Part shown: piece by piece, positions 39,352-53,064 of the stretch | Position numbering within the stretch: position 1 is the stretch's first letter | Layout of the letters: every line of letters starts with the position of its first letter | Source: Takakia lepidozioides | Taxonomy: Eukaryota; Plantae; Bryophyta | NCBI GenBank assembly: GCA_030704615.1 | Contig: CM060731.1 | Coordinates: 72,788,001-72,852,000, forward strand | Length of the DNA: 64,000 bases | Direction: 5' to 3' | Notes under the pieces: model-generated | What the model was told of the DNA's origin: nothing | Databases searched by the model: none | Seen by the model: the letters and a program-made list of their open reading frames with translations, nothing else | Program-made: the position numbers and the translations under genes

Positions 39352-42300
39352 TTAGCTGCTGACTCGTACAGCAAGTGACAATGGGGCCGCTGCAGCACAA
39401 GTTGGCAGTCCATTAGACTTTGTAGATAAGACAATGTCCATGCCTACAGAGAGAGAATTCTCTACACCTACGGAATTCCATCGAGATCCCATATGTAAGT
39501 GGCATGAGTAATGACTTTGGCGTGCATATGACCACAGCAGACAAAGAGCATCCGTGGAAAAAAAATAAAACACTTACTAGCAGGCAAATTCCCCATGGTT
39601 GGCTTTGGTCCAGACGTGGGCTCCTTAGCCAGAACCTTTCTCTGCAGACGCGTCTTGCGAGCGGTTCGTAGGATCCTCTTCATGGCCTCGTAGCACACTA
39701 AGAACACTGCTGATGCGGGCACCTGCATGATGTTCAAAACATTGGTCAATATTGATTACCATCTCTCTATTTTCTTTCCCTCCTTCCCTCAAATCAGCCT
39801 CCTTGGGGAGTAAGGGCAACCTTCCATGTGCAAACCCAGCCAAACAATGATATCATTCCATGACTTTCATGCTGCACTGGGCGCTTCCATGTGAAAGCCA
39901 ACCTTAAAACCCACTCTTAGGTCCGGGCTGCCCACCTCTCCACAGAAAGTGGAAAGTAAAGAGATTGGGTTCCATTCTTTGGCTTTCACCGAACAGAGTA
40001 GGTGGTTTTCTTCAGTGATCTGCTGAGCAGATGTCTTCTTGGTACCATTTCTTCCTCATGCTCCCTCATGTGACCATTGATTTTTCTTCGAAAACTGGGT
40101 GTTTGCATGAAGGGCTATTATAAAGTCAACGGCTGGGACTCTGGTTACTTGTCATGCTGATGTCATAGGACAGAACCGATGCACATGGACAGAGGCCCTA
40201 CCCTTGACGAGATCAACAGCATTTTCTGATTTATTGTGGTAAATTCTATGCATATGCCTACATTTAAGAAACATTCAACCAGAAGAATCCAGTGCTGCTG
40301 TCGGGTTCGTTAGCTGTCACAGTTATGTACAAGACTTTGTAAGTTGTCAGAACATATATGGAATAAAATTATCACCTTGTAAAGAACGCGTGGAACCATT
40401 CCTCGACCAAACCCCACAAGTCCCTGTAAGGATGGAGTACTGTAGTTGTCAGTAACCACTACGCTTTGCCACTCAAAATAGATACTGACATAATCCAGCA
40501 CATAGCACCTTACTTGCGTGTGTGCACTAGGAGTCGATTGAAGTCTCACTGAATGTGATACAGCCATACCAGATAAAGATTGCTCTGAAATATCGAAGGA
40601 CTGAACTTTGAGCTTACCTCTTCTAACCAAATTTTCTGCGCCGTCGACCTTAGACCACCATATGCCAGCCTTCCAACAGAAGGTCCTTGGGTCATTATCC
40701 TCGTCTTCACAACATCCAATGGTGTTGTCAAACTGCTGGCTACTGCCCCTGCAATCTATCCCACATTTCACCACAAAAGAATTGATCAGGCCCTTCCTGC
40801 ACTTCCATGGTATGAAAAGCATGTCTAATGCAAGAAAGATCAGTCTGTGGGCTTGAGAGAAATGAAACATACTGCGCCCATCCAAAGATCAGTAGCCAAA
40901 TGCTTGCCCCTCATGTTGGGTGTGGACTCCTCACTTTGTTTTTGACTTTGCCATCGCTTCAGGAGCTCAAACGTCGTAAACTGTAGAGCCGAGTAGGGAA
41001 TATCTCTGGCTATCTGCAAACATCCATGCAGAGGTTGAGAAAGAGCACACTTTGCGTCAAGTATCAGATCTTCCATAATGTCATAGCAGATTCCGCTGGT
41101 TGGCACTGGCCACATTCATTCCAGGTACAGGGATCAACGATGGGGGGCAGCACAATGGATGTACGGGAGACAGTGGACAAAAGCCTTCATATCCAAAGGA
41201 TCTTCAGGCAATGGATTTGATGTGCAATAGTTGGAGTAGCAGAAAGTATAGGTGCAACTGCAACAGAGAGGATAAAAAGTCACCATGGAGGTGTAGCCAC
41301 AGTAGAACCCTGCTAAACCTTCCTTGGCCCACAGCCTGCTTGTGGCTTCAAAGACATCTCTGATACCAGACATGCCCCACAAGTCCCAATGTTTGAGCAA
41401 ACTAGCTGATAGGTCAAACACACCATGATTTGATTTGTAAGACGCATGCAGATGCCTGAGTTGCCTCCCAAGAAGACCAAAAATAGGAATTCAGTACACA
41501 TCTGAGACAAGTTAAGTGCCCCATTCACCAAAAATGGTCACATCTGCCTCAACTAATCTGGTTGGCCCCTCCAGGTCGATGGGGACAAGCCCTACAGAAA
41601 TTAAGACTAGATAGCAGCAAACCGTCAGGCTCCTGTTTTGGACAATGGTGACAAGGCAGGAGTCCTCACTCCTTGTGCTATTAGTCTGGAGGCCAGGGTT
41701 TTCGGCTTAAAAGAGTTTTTGACTCTCTCAGACTACTGAAAAATTTCATTTCTTTTGTCAGTCATCTTTTGAAATATAAACATGCCAACCCACACAAGCA
41801 GGGTCTACCGCTCACTTGTAGACACCAGCCTGAACGCGCTGCTTGATGACTTCAGGAGGGACCCGAACAATGCTGGCCACCATGTTCCCAAGAGCAGCTG
41901 CTAACACGGGGGCAAACTGATGCAATGGAGTGCTCTCGATTGTGTTCTTTGAAAATTCATAACCTGCAGCAAATACAGCTGATGATGGTGCCGAGACAGC
42001 AATTGATGCAAGGAATCCTCTGTAGAGACCCCCCAAACCTCGCTCTTTGACCAGCCCCACCATACACTGGCACAGGTTCTTATAGTTTCCCCTCACGTCC
42101 CCAGCAGCCTGCAGCATCACTTTCAACTCAGTAACTACCGTTTCTATCACCGCTTGGGTACAAGTGTGTAACAGCTGTTATGGTTACAGAATCTAACCAG
42201 TTCTGCGGAAGACTAATGACTAACCAAATCTTTCACGGGTGTCCCCTAAACCAAGACCTTGGTTGTGACAAGGTTCATAACATTTTAAAGGATGAGATTG

Positions 42301-43069
42301 ACACGTAACTTAAACCCTGAGATTTAAACAGGGGGTTTACACTCATCCTCATACTGAATTGCTTCAAACTGCTGCCTCTATACAATCCAAGTGCCCATTG
42401 ACGCAACCTGGTTTTATTTAACCTGCTAGTTGCTTTGACTGAGACAGGATGGGACAGCCCCCAGGAGGAGCTCATAAAGGAAACAGCCACCAAGAGGCAT
42501 CTCCTTACTACAGTCTCTAGACTGAGAGGAGGACAAAACCACATACAGTCCCTAAGGTGAAACTGGCTACCCTTTATTTATCCTATGGATTAAGCATCAC
42601 CGGAATCGTGAAGGATATATCCTTAGGAGAAGTCATGTTCTCACTGCAATAGAGTTAGAGGTCTGACACACCAAATATAATTCACAGAAATCTGGGGCGA
42701 AGAAAGGAACACCATGAAAAAATCTGCTTCCTATCGAAACATGCCATTCTGACTGGTGCAATTCCAGGGTCGAGATTTGGTGCTGCATCCAGGTGTTAGG
42801 GCTTTAACCACGTGAGCCCACATAACCCTGCCCATTTTTACTGACTCACTGCCCCCAATTTAATCATGTGCTACAGATGCGTGAGGCAGCAAACAAACCT
42901 GAAGAAGTGTCTTGGAGGTATCAAAGGGCTGTAAAATTATTTTGGAGAGAGTGGATGCTGTTCCCCCTGCCAAAAGATTCTCGGCCCATTCTGGGCTAGC
43001 ACGCATTGGCACTTGTACTCCTACGTGTCTAGCCCCTGGCTGCACAATCACGGCTCCGTCGGCTCCCAT
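39352..43069 (-). CDS. Mitochondrial carrier family protein (S-adenosylmethionine carrier-like), paralogue A, ~8 exons
   Basis: Three carrier repeats with signature PFDTSKT, PPEVIKQR, PLDVVKTR; ARDIPYSALQF; GT-AG exons at ~43069-42899, 42108-41815, 41361-41284, 41013-40873, 40749-40617, 40424-40377, 39723-39578, 39389-39352. Confidence 0.85.
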
Positions 43070-44621
43070 CGTCTTGGACAGTGAACTTATTCTGGGATTT
43101 TACAGATCTAGATCCAATCAACTTCTTTTTTTTTCCGCTGCGAAACGTTTGATCTCCGATTGTCCGCAAACTGACTACACTGTGATTGTACCTCTTTCGA
43201 AATCAAAATTGATGTCTAATATTTGGCTCGCTGGCTTGTATAGGGATTCTTACCCTCGCATGATCTACCTTGTATTCAAAACGAGAAACTTGCATCCGTG
43301 TCGAGTAAGTGCAGCCTTATAGCTGCAGTTTTCAGCATTTCAAGTATGTTTTTGAGGCTGGAGTGCAAGTTATCGCAGCTTGTCCTTCCACCTTTTCCCC
43401 GTGCTAACTTGTATAGAACTAAATTCGGCTCGAGGTGTAGCCGTCACTTCCTCTGTATCTCCAGAATTCCAAATCTCCCCCGTGCAGTTTTCAGCTCCAT
43501 ATTGCCAAATCGACACAGATCAGCGGTCATCTCTAGTGCAATTTAATCTTTTTGCTGTCGCCCTTATCTCTGTCTGCCCGTGTCTCTCTGCTCTGCCGTC
43601 TGTTCAACTTCAAATCACAAGGCCTCCAGCAACACTCGAATGACATCTGATATGTACTCAACACAACCATCACCGCGATCCTTCTGCCTTTGTCCCATCT
43701 TGCCAATGTGATGCAACTACCTGTCAACGGCAGAGTTCCCAGTCAACGAAAGTGTGAAATTTTCAAACACCTCCTCAAATGCACTCACGACACTCAACAC
43801 AAAAAAAAATCCTTAGAAAAATCACTGCTCTGTATCCATCCCAACGTTCACGGACTCGGAACCAACAAATCCCTACTCCATTTCATCTCTCAAAGAGAAA
43901 AACAGAAATACAAGGCCACCCCGACAGCAGTGTCGTTACGGAATCCCACTCTCGCATGCGTGAGAGCAGCCGGGACTATTTATGGGCATGCGCCGGGACC
44001 CAAATCCGGGACCGGATAATTCCCTCATATTCCCTGGGCCCCGGAAGCATAATCCGAGGACCCAATTGGCATCACTCCCCATTCACTGTCTCTGGACACC
44101 ATGCATCTGGACGTGTTCCAGTCCGGATACATCCACACTGGATAGATGGTTTTGTGATTTGTTTAATTTATTACTTTCCCGCCCATCGGAAAAGAACCTC
44201 CCAAATAGCGCCAAGTGGCCGAAAGTCAGAATACGTTTTTTTCTGGATTATTTGTGTTTAATATTGTAAAAGTAAATTTAAAAAAACATTTTAAGAAAAA
44301 GCTTAGCAATTGGCAGAGTTGAGAGTTGAGCCCCAGACCGGCCGCTGTTTAGCTACAGTGCCCTAAACCCTGAACCTCTGAGGGGTCCGAGAATGGAGAA
44401 GAGGAATACAGCAAGTACGAGCCTCGGAGTGTTTGAAGCTATGGGATCCGATGGAAGAGATTAGGCTGAGAGAATTCGGTCTCTAGTCGGGGATTGTTGT
44501 TCTCGAATCAATCTCTGCGGTTGGAGGGATGCGCATTTTCTCTTGAATTCGCGAATTTTCCACTGGGATTGCAGGATCGGGATGATGTGGGAATTTGAGG
44601 GCTAGTTTTGGGTGATTGAGT

Positions 44622-47600
44622 GATGGAAATCTTGGCTGGAAAGAAGCTGCATCCTGATGAAGGGAGTGGTGCAGTAACACACTGGGTGGATAATGTGGTG
44701 GCAGGGGCAACCGCATCACTCTCTTCTAAAGTGGTGCTTCAGCCATTTGATATTGCCAAGACGATTTTGCAGGTACGAGGTTTGGTACTTGCAATCGTTA
44801 TTACCCAATTCAGGTCGACTTGCAATCACATCTATCTTAGAGGGCTGCATTGATTACCCTTTCAATTGTGAAATACTTCAGCTTAAGAGTCACGCTCATA
44901 GGGTTGCAGAAGCCCACTTGGCTGTTTATTACGGGATGCATTTTCATAAGTACATCGGCATCTACCTTTAATTTGAAGTAAAATCTTCCTCCATAAGCTC
45001 TGGACCTACCTCCACCATCAGACCAGATTTTGATATCCTTCCAGCAATCTGTCTCTCTCCCCCCGCCCTCAAGTGTCATAAGGAATGGAATGTGGCATAT
45101 GAAGAAGTTACAGGCACAAATATGTGAATGTCATTTATGCTTTGCATCACAAATGGACTGTATCCAGGGAATTCAAGGGAACAGATACTAGCAAGGTGGG
45201 GTGGAAAATGCAATGAAAGATTTTCTTACATTTTTGGTTGGAATCTGTAGGCCTCTGCAGAAGTGAGGGGGAACTATGAGAATCTTCCTCAGTGCTTGGC
45301 AGGGGTAGTGAGGAATGGAGGGGTAACCAAGTTATATACAGGTTTCCTTGCATCAGTTGCAGTCTCTGTACCATCATCTGCGGTTTTCGCAGCTTGCTAT
45401 GAATGCTCTAAGAATGTGATTGAGACAGCAGCCTCAGCTTTACCCCCTCCCTTAACACGGGTTCGGGATTTTGCCCCTATCCTGGCGGCGGCCTTGGGAA
45501 ATGTGGCTGCCAGCATTGTGAGGGTGCCACCTGAAGTAATCAAGCAGCGAGTGCAGGCTGGGCTGTACAGGTGGGCTTTGATTATGCAAGTTGTCTGCAA
45601 CTGTACAGATCTTTGAAGATTTCATATCAAAAAGTTATTCCTCAAGACTGTGAACTGTAACTGTATGGGTGATAGGCATATCGGATTTTGGGAAGCTGCA
45701 GAGATATTTTCCAAGCCACGAGGGCAGTATGGGTTACTGAGGGTCTGCAAGGGTTTTACTGTGGTTACACCACACAAGTAATGGTCTACCCTTGAAGAAA
45801 ACAAATTTTGTAGCAATCAAGCATGGCGATAGGCAGTGTGGTATAACTGGTGCAGCCATCTGTTGAAGCATGTGACTTTCAAACTTGATGCAGCAATCAT
45901 GTATTTAAGCATTAAATTGTCATCGCATTTAGAGTGTATGCTATAGGCTTTATAGCTAACCTGTACAAGACTTACCCATTTCACAATCAGAGTTTTGTTG
46001 GAAACCTCGCTGTGGCAGGTAGCCAGAGACATTCCGTACTCAGCTCTGCAGTTCATGACATTTGAAATCCTGAAACGACAGCGTTCAACCGTGCAAACTC
46101 TTCAACATAGAGACAAGACGGGGAAACAACTAGCCAGAGATCTCTGGATGGGTGCAGTATGTCCCTCCCATCCCCCCCCTCCCCCCTCTCTTGGTAGTTC
46201 TACAGTGTGAAATAAGCTTTCTAGGCCTCAGGTGGACAGAATATGTTTTTTTCTCCTTTGCTTATTTTTCTTTCTTATTTTAATTTTTTCGTTCAAGGCA
46301 AGGTGCTGCCAAGCTGGTAGCATTATTGAAGTCAAAATTAAAACACGTTGTCAAGTTCCTTCATAGCTAATGAGAATCACCCACACTGGTCTGCCACCAA
46401 ATGGGGCAGTTTCAAATGCAGACATAATTTTCAAAGGTTTTTGCCCTTGATTGGAGGTAACTCATTTTGCATGCTTGCAATGCAGAAGGACACCTGTAAA
46501 GTTTAAGATTTACTATGTTCGAATCCAAATGAACAAACATCAAGAAATCCAATAATGTTTACTTCCTGGGCCTTTGGAACAGATTGCAGGGGCAGTAGCA
46601 TGCACTTTGACAACACCTTTGGATGTTGCGAAGACAAGAGTCATGACACAAAATCCTTCCAGTGCATTGGTATATCTTGGCCTACGTGCAACCTTGCGGA
46701 AGATCTGGTTGGAGGAGGTATGGTTTCGTCACCCTCTTCGGAGGGTTCAAATTTCTCTGGAAACCTTCGTCACCAGTTATTTTTCTCCTTCCATTTCATC
46801 TTGTCATCATCCTACACTGCAGCATAAATATTTTGTTCTGGTTAGAGCGATATGACTCCTGGAGTTTGAGATTCAGTTCTAATGTTCTCAGTAAAGAACC
46901 TGAACATTTCTATTGGATGTTATCAGTGGAGCAGAAAAGACCAGTGCTTCTGATTTGTTCTAGTCTCCCATCTAGAACACTCGACTTTAATTGAAATGTG
47001 TTGTACAGAATGCAGGTGTTACTCCTAGGCTGCTGTGAAACTTGACTCTTGATCTGAACATATTCGCTGGTGTAGATCAGCTTAATAATAACATCTTGTT
47101 GTCATTTGGGGCTATTCATCGCTTTTCTGCAGGGAATTGCTGGATTTGGTAGAGGAATTGTACCGCGTGTCCTTTACAAGGTTGATATTTGGTTTGTATG
47201 AGAGGGCTGTCATTTGTCATTCACTGCAGAGATAGATGGGACAGAGATATTCCAGACCCCTTTCATTATACCTCGTCTTTGCCTTCAAGCTTGTAGACTA
47301 TCAAACCAATCCTCTCATATAGCACTTCTGGTGCATGCTGCAATATTTGTTCTCCTGGAAAGGCAAAAAAAAAATGTGAATGCGTTGTCGATGCAAGCAT
47401 AACTTATGGTGTCACTTGATCCAAAGGGCTACTGCCTTCTGGTGGGAAGGTGGAGACCTTAATGACATCCAAGATGTGGTTTGAACCCACAACCACTAGT
47501 GAGGCAGCTTGTGCCCTTACCACTCGGCTAAATGTTGATTGTCTTCCTTTAAACCACCTATAAAGAAGAGCAACCTTGGTAACAGAAGCAGTTTGTCGGG

Positions 47601-47799
47601 CGCACAGGTTCCAGCATCAGCTGTGTTTTTGGTCTGCTATGAAGCCATGAAGAGGCTTTTGCTCACGACACACAAGGCCAATACAGCAAAAGGTTATCTT
47701 GGAGCATCTTTCATTTCAGAAATGTATTTTTGCTCTGTACTTGTGCGTATGATTAATTGTTATCCATCTGTGTTCCAGTGTGCAGGAGAAGGGTTATGA
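44622..47799 (+). CDS. Mitochondrial carrier family protein (S-adenosylmethionine carrier-like), paralogue B
   Basis: PFDIAKT, PPEVIKQR, PLDVAKTR; the same exon partition as paralogue A (~44622-44772, 45251-45570, 45701-45777, 46019-46156, 46583-46717, 47133-47180, 47609-47692). The last exon/stop is uncertain. Confidence 0.85.
47470..47530 (-). repeat. tRNA-derived SINE-like head in an intron
   Basis: Reverse complement tagccgagtggtaagg...gtggttgtgggttcaaacc (A and B boxes); resembles the copies at 63033-63230. Confidence 0.55.
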
Positions 47800-48830
47800 A
47801 CAGGGTGGCATTTTCTTATAATGCTTTTCCCACATTTGTACTTCACAATGAACTTTGTGTCATTTAGAACTTTGCTGTTAGCTTGAACGAACTAACGGAC
47901 ATGGATTTAGTTCTTGGTGGCAGTTGGTCTCACTCTGGTGGCCTCAAAACAATTGCAGCGGGAGTCAAACCAGTAAAGTTTCAGATGGCCAGAGTCGACA
48001 CAAGTGACTAGAGAGTGGATACCAGTCAGATTGCAGTCTTGAGAGACACTTCTTCCGTTTGTCAGCGAGGTTGTGTATGACAAACAACAATCAAGTGGTG
48101 ACGTTTACTATGACAAGTCCTTTCTCCTGCTGTGTTTCATGCAATCTTGTTCTTGCTTGAACTTGGACAGCTTTGCTGTTGTTGTCCTCAATTTTTTCTT
48201 TAATCTTTTTAACCTTCCCATCAGGCTTGTCCTCCTCTTACCTCAATCTAAGATTGCCTCCCCTCCAGACTGCCTACTGGCACTGGTAATAATTCCTATC
48301 CGTGTACCGCCAGCTTTTCTTGGATGAAGCTAGCAGGGGAAGCTAGTTGGGTTCACAAAGCAAGCTATGACTGTGTTTAGAGCTTAGTACAAAGTCTCAA
48401 AAGAGGCAAAGTCATGGTTGGGATCTTGATGCTGTCAAATTTGACATTCTCTGGAGGAGGCATGCGTGCTGAAGAAGAAGAAAACAAGTTTGTTGCCATT
48501 CTAGGATGCCATTTGTAAGGTTATTTCACTTCCACTCTTGAATGCACAAGCCTTGCAGATGCAATGATGTGTACCCTGAATGGACAGGTGTGGGATATTG
48601 TAGACTATATGTAGTTCTATGGAATATATAGAGTCATCATGTTGTAGCAAACATTCAATGAACTTTGAAGTGAGATCACAGAGTGTTTCTGCAGACCCAC
48701 ATAGTATTATTGATGGATTACACATCATGAATTCTAAAATGGTAGAGTTGAAACACCTAGTGGGTTTCAAGATGGCATCCTTGTGTGTAGGGCCACAAGC
48801 GCTCAGAAACCTGTAGCTAGATCAGATGAT

Positions 48831-50153
48831 CTACTCCACCCTATTGGAAACTACACTGCTGTTTCTCATTCTCTCTACAGGAGCACCAAATACAAGTCCA
48901 GATGAGTAAGTCCTATGAAATAGAGGATGCATGGCTGTAAGAATAGGACAAAAAGGTGTGCGCAACCATTCTCCCTTGGCGAGGTTGTACACAAGATGCC
49001 ATAGTTGGCAGCTACTGAAGAAGATCAAATCTCCATGCCCCACGCATTGAATGAAATCTACATTGTTAACACCATCAATTGACCGCTTTGGGTGAACATT
49101 GTCATATGCAGAGATGAACTGGTCGAACAGGTCAGGGGCCATTCTAGTAACCTCTTTCCACGCCTTTCTAGAGAAGTCAAGCTGCCAGATCCAAACGCCT
49201 TGCAACACTTGGGCCTCCGGACGATATTCCCCTAAAGGTCCCACCATGATCAGGCGAGTGCCGCACAACAGAAGTTTTGAATGAACAAATAACGAACTGG
49301 CAACCCTCGAGTCAGAGTCGCCAACTAGAGGACTCTCAAGTGCTTGCAATTCAAGCTTCGCCCACGCACATTTTTCCAAGTCGTAGGTCAGAAGTTTCGT
49401 CTCAATGACATTTGAAAATTCTTCAGATTCTTCAAGCTTCAAGGGATCTGAGTCGTGTGCGCTCCTCAACTCACTACTTATACTCAAACAGTAAACCACG
49501 CTGTTGCATGTTACCGTCGATACAAGCTCTCCTGAATGGGTAGGCACCATCCCGCCGATCTCCTTCCAACAATTGGTGATGGAGTCATAAATTTCAAATA
49601 TGTATTTATTCGTAGCCTTGCACTCCGTAGCGACAAAGATCGTGTAGGCTTTTGATCGTTCGTTCAGATTCAAACATATGCATTTGGATGCTGCGTATAG
49701 AAACCAATTCTGTGGATGCACCATCGATGGCAGTTCTCTACAAAGCCCCGTCATTGGATTGAAGACAGACAGTGTGAAGCAACCTTTGGTGGCTGCTTCT
49801 TCTTCCTCTGTGGATTCCACAAAACCCACATTCAGAGCCAGACCTCCATGTGCTGCGACCACACAGGTCTTCAAGACAGTAAAGCTTGGAAGAGGGATGG
49901 CGTGCCATATGTTTCTTGCATAGTCATAGGCTGCAAACCATTTTGCAACTCTTGAGAAATTGTCAAAAACAAGGAAGTAAGATTTGTCTACAGGTACCAC
50001 CCTCTCACAAGTGTCTCGGAAATTTCTCGAGCATGAAATGTCCTTCCATCGCTTGCACACAAGGAGCAGGCGCAACAAGATCGGGACCGGCAAAGGGGCC
50101 AGAACTCTGTCCACCAACTCTTCGGGAAGCTCACTCCACACCTTGGGATTCAT
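48831..50153 (-). CDS. F-box protein with C-terminal kelch/FBA-like beta-propeller, intronless
   Basis: 440-aa ORF; N-terminal WSELPEELVDRVLAPLP..L..VCKRW F-box; AAHGGL, VFNPMT..ELP, EIYDS..W, WKEVTRM blade motifs. Confidence 0.9.
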   Translation of the reverse strand: MNPKVWSELPEELVDRVLAPLPVPILLRLLLVCKRWKDISCSRNFRDTCERVVPVDKSYFLVFDNFSRVAKWFAAYDYARNIWHAIPLPSFTVLKTCVVAAHGGLALNVGFVESTEEEEAATKGCFTLSVFNPMTGLCRELPSMVHPQNWFLYAASKCICLNLNERSKAYTIFVATECKATNKYIFEIYDSITNCWKEIGGMVPTHSGELVSTVTCNSVVYCLSISSELRSAHDSDPLKLEESEEFSNVIETKLLTYDLEKCAWAKLELQALESPLVGDSDSRVASSLFVHSKLLLCGTRLIMVGPLGEYRPEAQVLQGVWIWQLDFSRKAWKEVTRMAPDLFDQFISAYDNVHPKRSIDGVNNVDFIQCVGHGDLIFFSSCQLWHLVYNLAKGEWLRTPFCPILTAMHPLFHRTYSSGLVFGAPVERMRNSSVVSNRVE

Positions 50154-53064
50154 AGCTCGAAGGGCATGTAACAGTCGAACGAGCCGGAGATATCACAACC
50201 TGTCCAGTTCTCTTGAGCTGACTCTACATATGTTCCTGGAATCACCTCGCCACCTCTCACAGCGACTGTCCGCTCCTGTACTTGAGTGTTTCTCAATGAT
50301 GCACAACACTCTCTCCTTTCTACATGCACAGGTACTCTTAGCTGCTGGGAGTGAGAAATCAGCAAAAACTACCTAGCACACAATAGGAGACCTACATTGC
50401 ACCAGCATACGCATGGTGTGGAGATAACCCACCCGTGTTTCCACCAGAACCACAATAATCAGACACACCACATCACCTCCACACACGAACAAGTCTAGGT
50501 TCAGGCTGGCAGAATTGAGAGAGGGAGAGAAAACAGGAGAGCATTCAAGGTAGTTATGAGCAACAGCAAGACAAAGGAGGGGCTGCTGCCCAACTACTTT
50601 TTTAGAACCATTTGTATCATAATACCCTTCCTGTCATCCTTATAATTGTCCCTTGTTCAAAAAAGACTTGAAGAAATATTTTTATACCGAGCTTGTCGCT
50701 CTGAATTTAGGCACGTTTCTTCACGGAATGAGAAGGAGGCAGGCACGACAGGCTTTGGATAGGTTGGACAAGCTGATGGAATGTCAACCTCCTACAAAAG
50801 TGTAGTCAGACCATAGAAGAGTTAACTGGCAACAGGGAATGGTTGCAGAAGCAGGAAATATCTTGCTATCAGTTGGGTGACTTCCAAGGTGGTCTTGTCC
50901 GCTTAGAAAAGGCCAACGACAGGCTGACGTTGTAGTGGTTAGGTTTCACCAGTTGCGGTTGGATTGACTTGAAGGGTCCTTGACTGATTTCGAGAATTAA
51001 CACAGGACGAAGCACCGCTTCACAGCTTGCAGATTTGAATGACTCTGCGCAGCTACGACCTAAGACCTGAAGGTCCCGATTATTGGCAGATCGCGAGTCT
51101 GGTGGATGAGAATGCGGGGCCTCGGCAGACCTCGTAATCGTGCAGTGAAGATGGTGAAGAGAACGGGGTGCTGAAAAGAGACGTTTCGTATGGTATAATG
51201 GCAGGTGCGATGCGATGCCTGTCATAGCGGCGGTGATTGGCCGTGGACCATAATGGGTCTGTGAAAATGTCTACTCGCCCATTACACCAAGGCGTAATCA
51301 GCCACTGCAAAGAGTGGGAAGCGGGGCAAATGATTCTGTTTCTCAATCCTCTTCAAGTTTGCCAGAATCAGCACGCAAAATCCATTTAGAGTTTCTAATT
51401 ATTTTTTCAAACTGCTTATAAATGCTCTTTGAAACTGCAACTGTCACACAATGACCCTTCACAATATTACCGAAGCGGATGTATGCAAGCTTGAATTCAT
51501 GCCTATGTGAAAAGGTTTTAACACTCGCATGAAAAACAGGCAGCCAAGGGCAGGATTCAGCCACCAACTTCTCAACTCCATCTGTTTGAAACCATAGTAT
51601 GTCACTAATAAGTGGATATCAGGCTGGTCTGATTTTTCATACCAGTGCATTTACCAGGTTGACTCACATCTCATCATACATGGAAAGAGATCTTCCCCTA
51701 TCATTCATTGCCTTGGCGACTAGAGTTTGGTGTCAAACTAATGTTTTGGTATGTTAGCTGGTGGAAGCTGTCAGGTCGCCCACCTCCTGACTCAAGCACG
51801 GCTGTCTCTGAGAACTAGTCTCCAACAATCAGATTCTGGAAGGTCTAGCGCCATGTTCATCACGCTGGCTTGTGTAGGAATGCAGGATTCCTGCCAGAAC
51901 TATGAGGACACTGCCGCACAGGGAATGTGACGATGTAGAAAGATCACATCTTTTGTGGAGCACCTGCTGCGATTCATGCCATGTCAGTGGCTCGGTTAAG
52001 GTTATCAGACCTTAGAACATAAAAAAGAGAAAAAAAATAGGTTTTGAGATTTTGGGATCTGATCCGTCAAATATGAAAGCTTGAACGATGCAGATCAGAT
52101 TACCAAAGGTCACATGTCACAATACACCTAGGCCGTCGAAGGGACACATGGCACATTATTGGTGGTTAAGCACAATAATTTATTTCGTTCGCAACTCTTC
52201 GCGGATCGTCTCCATCCCTAGTACCTACCACTATTATTATTATTGATGTTATCGCTGCATGAGGAGCTGGGGGTGCGTTGAGATTCGAGCTCCAGACCTT
52301 CGAAGTTCGAGTTCGAGCAATGGTATAGTAGTATAGTATCCCTAATAATGTATGAGCAAACGGACATGTAATGAATATTCGTAGAATAGTGTTGAAAGCA
52401 AAGGGGGAAAGCGAAAGGAGCGTCTCTCTCGTCTCGTCTTTGTGTCCTTCTCTGTCTCTGCATCTCTGCTGTCTCTTGTACATTCCAAAACAGTTTTTCT
52501 GAGTTCTTTTGGAATGGTTTTGAGCCTTTTTTTCTAGTACATTTGTATTGGCATCTAAGATTTAAACACGTTTTGATGGCGGGAAGGCTGGGGCGTTTGA
52601 TGTGATGGAAAAGCGTCTTAGCTTATGACTACATATGTCTTTCCCTCTTTCTCTCTCACTTTCCTCTCTTTCCTTACTGGAATCACTGTGAAAAAAAGGG
52701 GCCTTTTTCTCAGGCCGGTTTGTTTGCGATTTCAACGCTGTGGCGTAACATGAAAATTGACATGAAATTTGAAGGTGCTTTCAATTCTTTGCTTGTCTTC
52801 CAGTTTAGGTGTCATCACCGGTTTAGTCTGGAAAAGCTAAAAGGTTAGATCTTCCTATGATGACCAGTAGGAAGACACCTTGTCCAATGCGCAGCATCGG
52901 GGCTTTCGAATCACGGCTTGTACGCAGAATGCAAGTGATGCCAGATTGGATGAAGGTGCTAACTTAACTCCCTGGGTTGCATGCACGAGCTTCCGTCACT
53001 GTCAATTGAGATGAAGCCGTAAAATCGATTGAGGTGGTGGACATCAAAGCTCGTGAAAGCGGAA

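Noticed and set aside
50869-51225. ORF resembling an organellar transit peptide upstream of the F-box gene
   Set aside because: Composition only; no convincing splice path to a conserved domain could be established.
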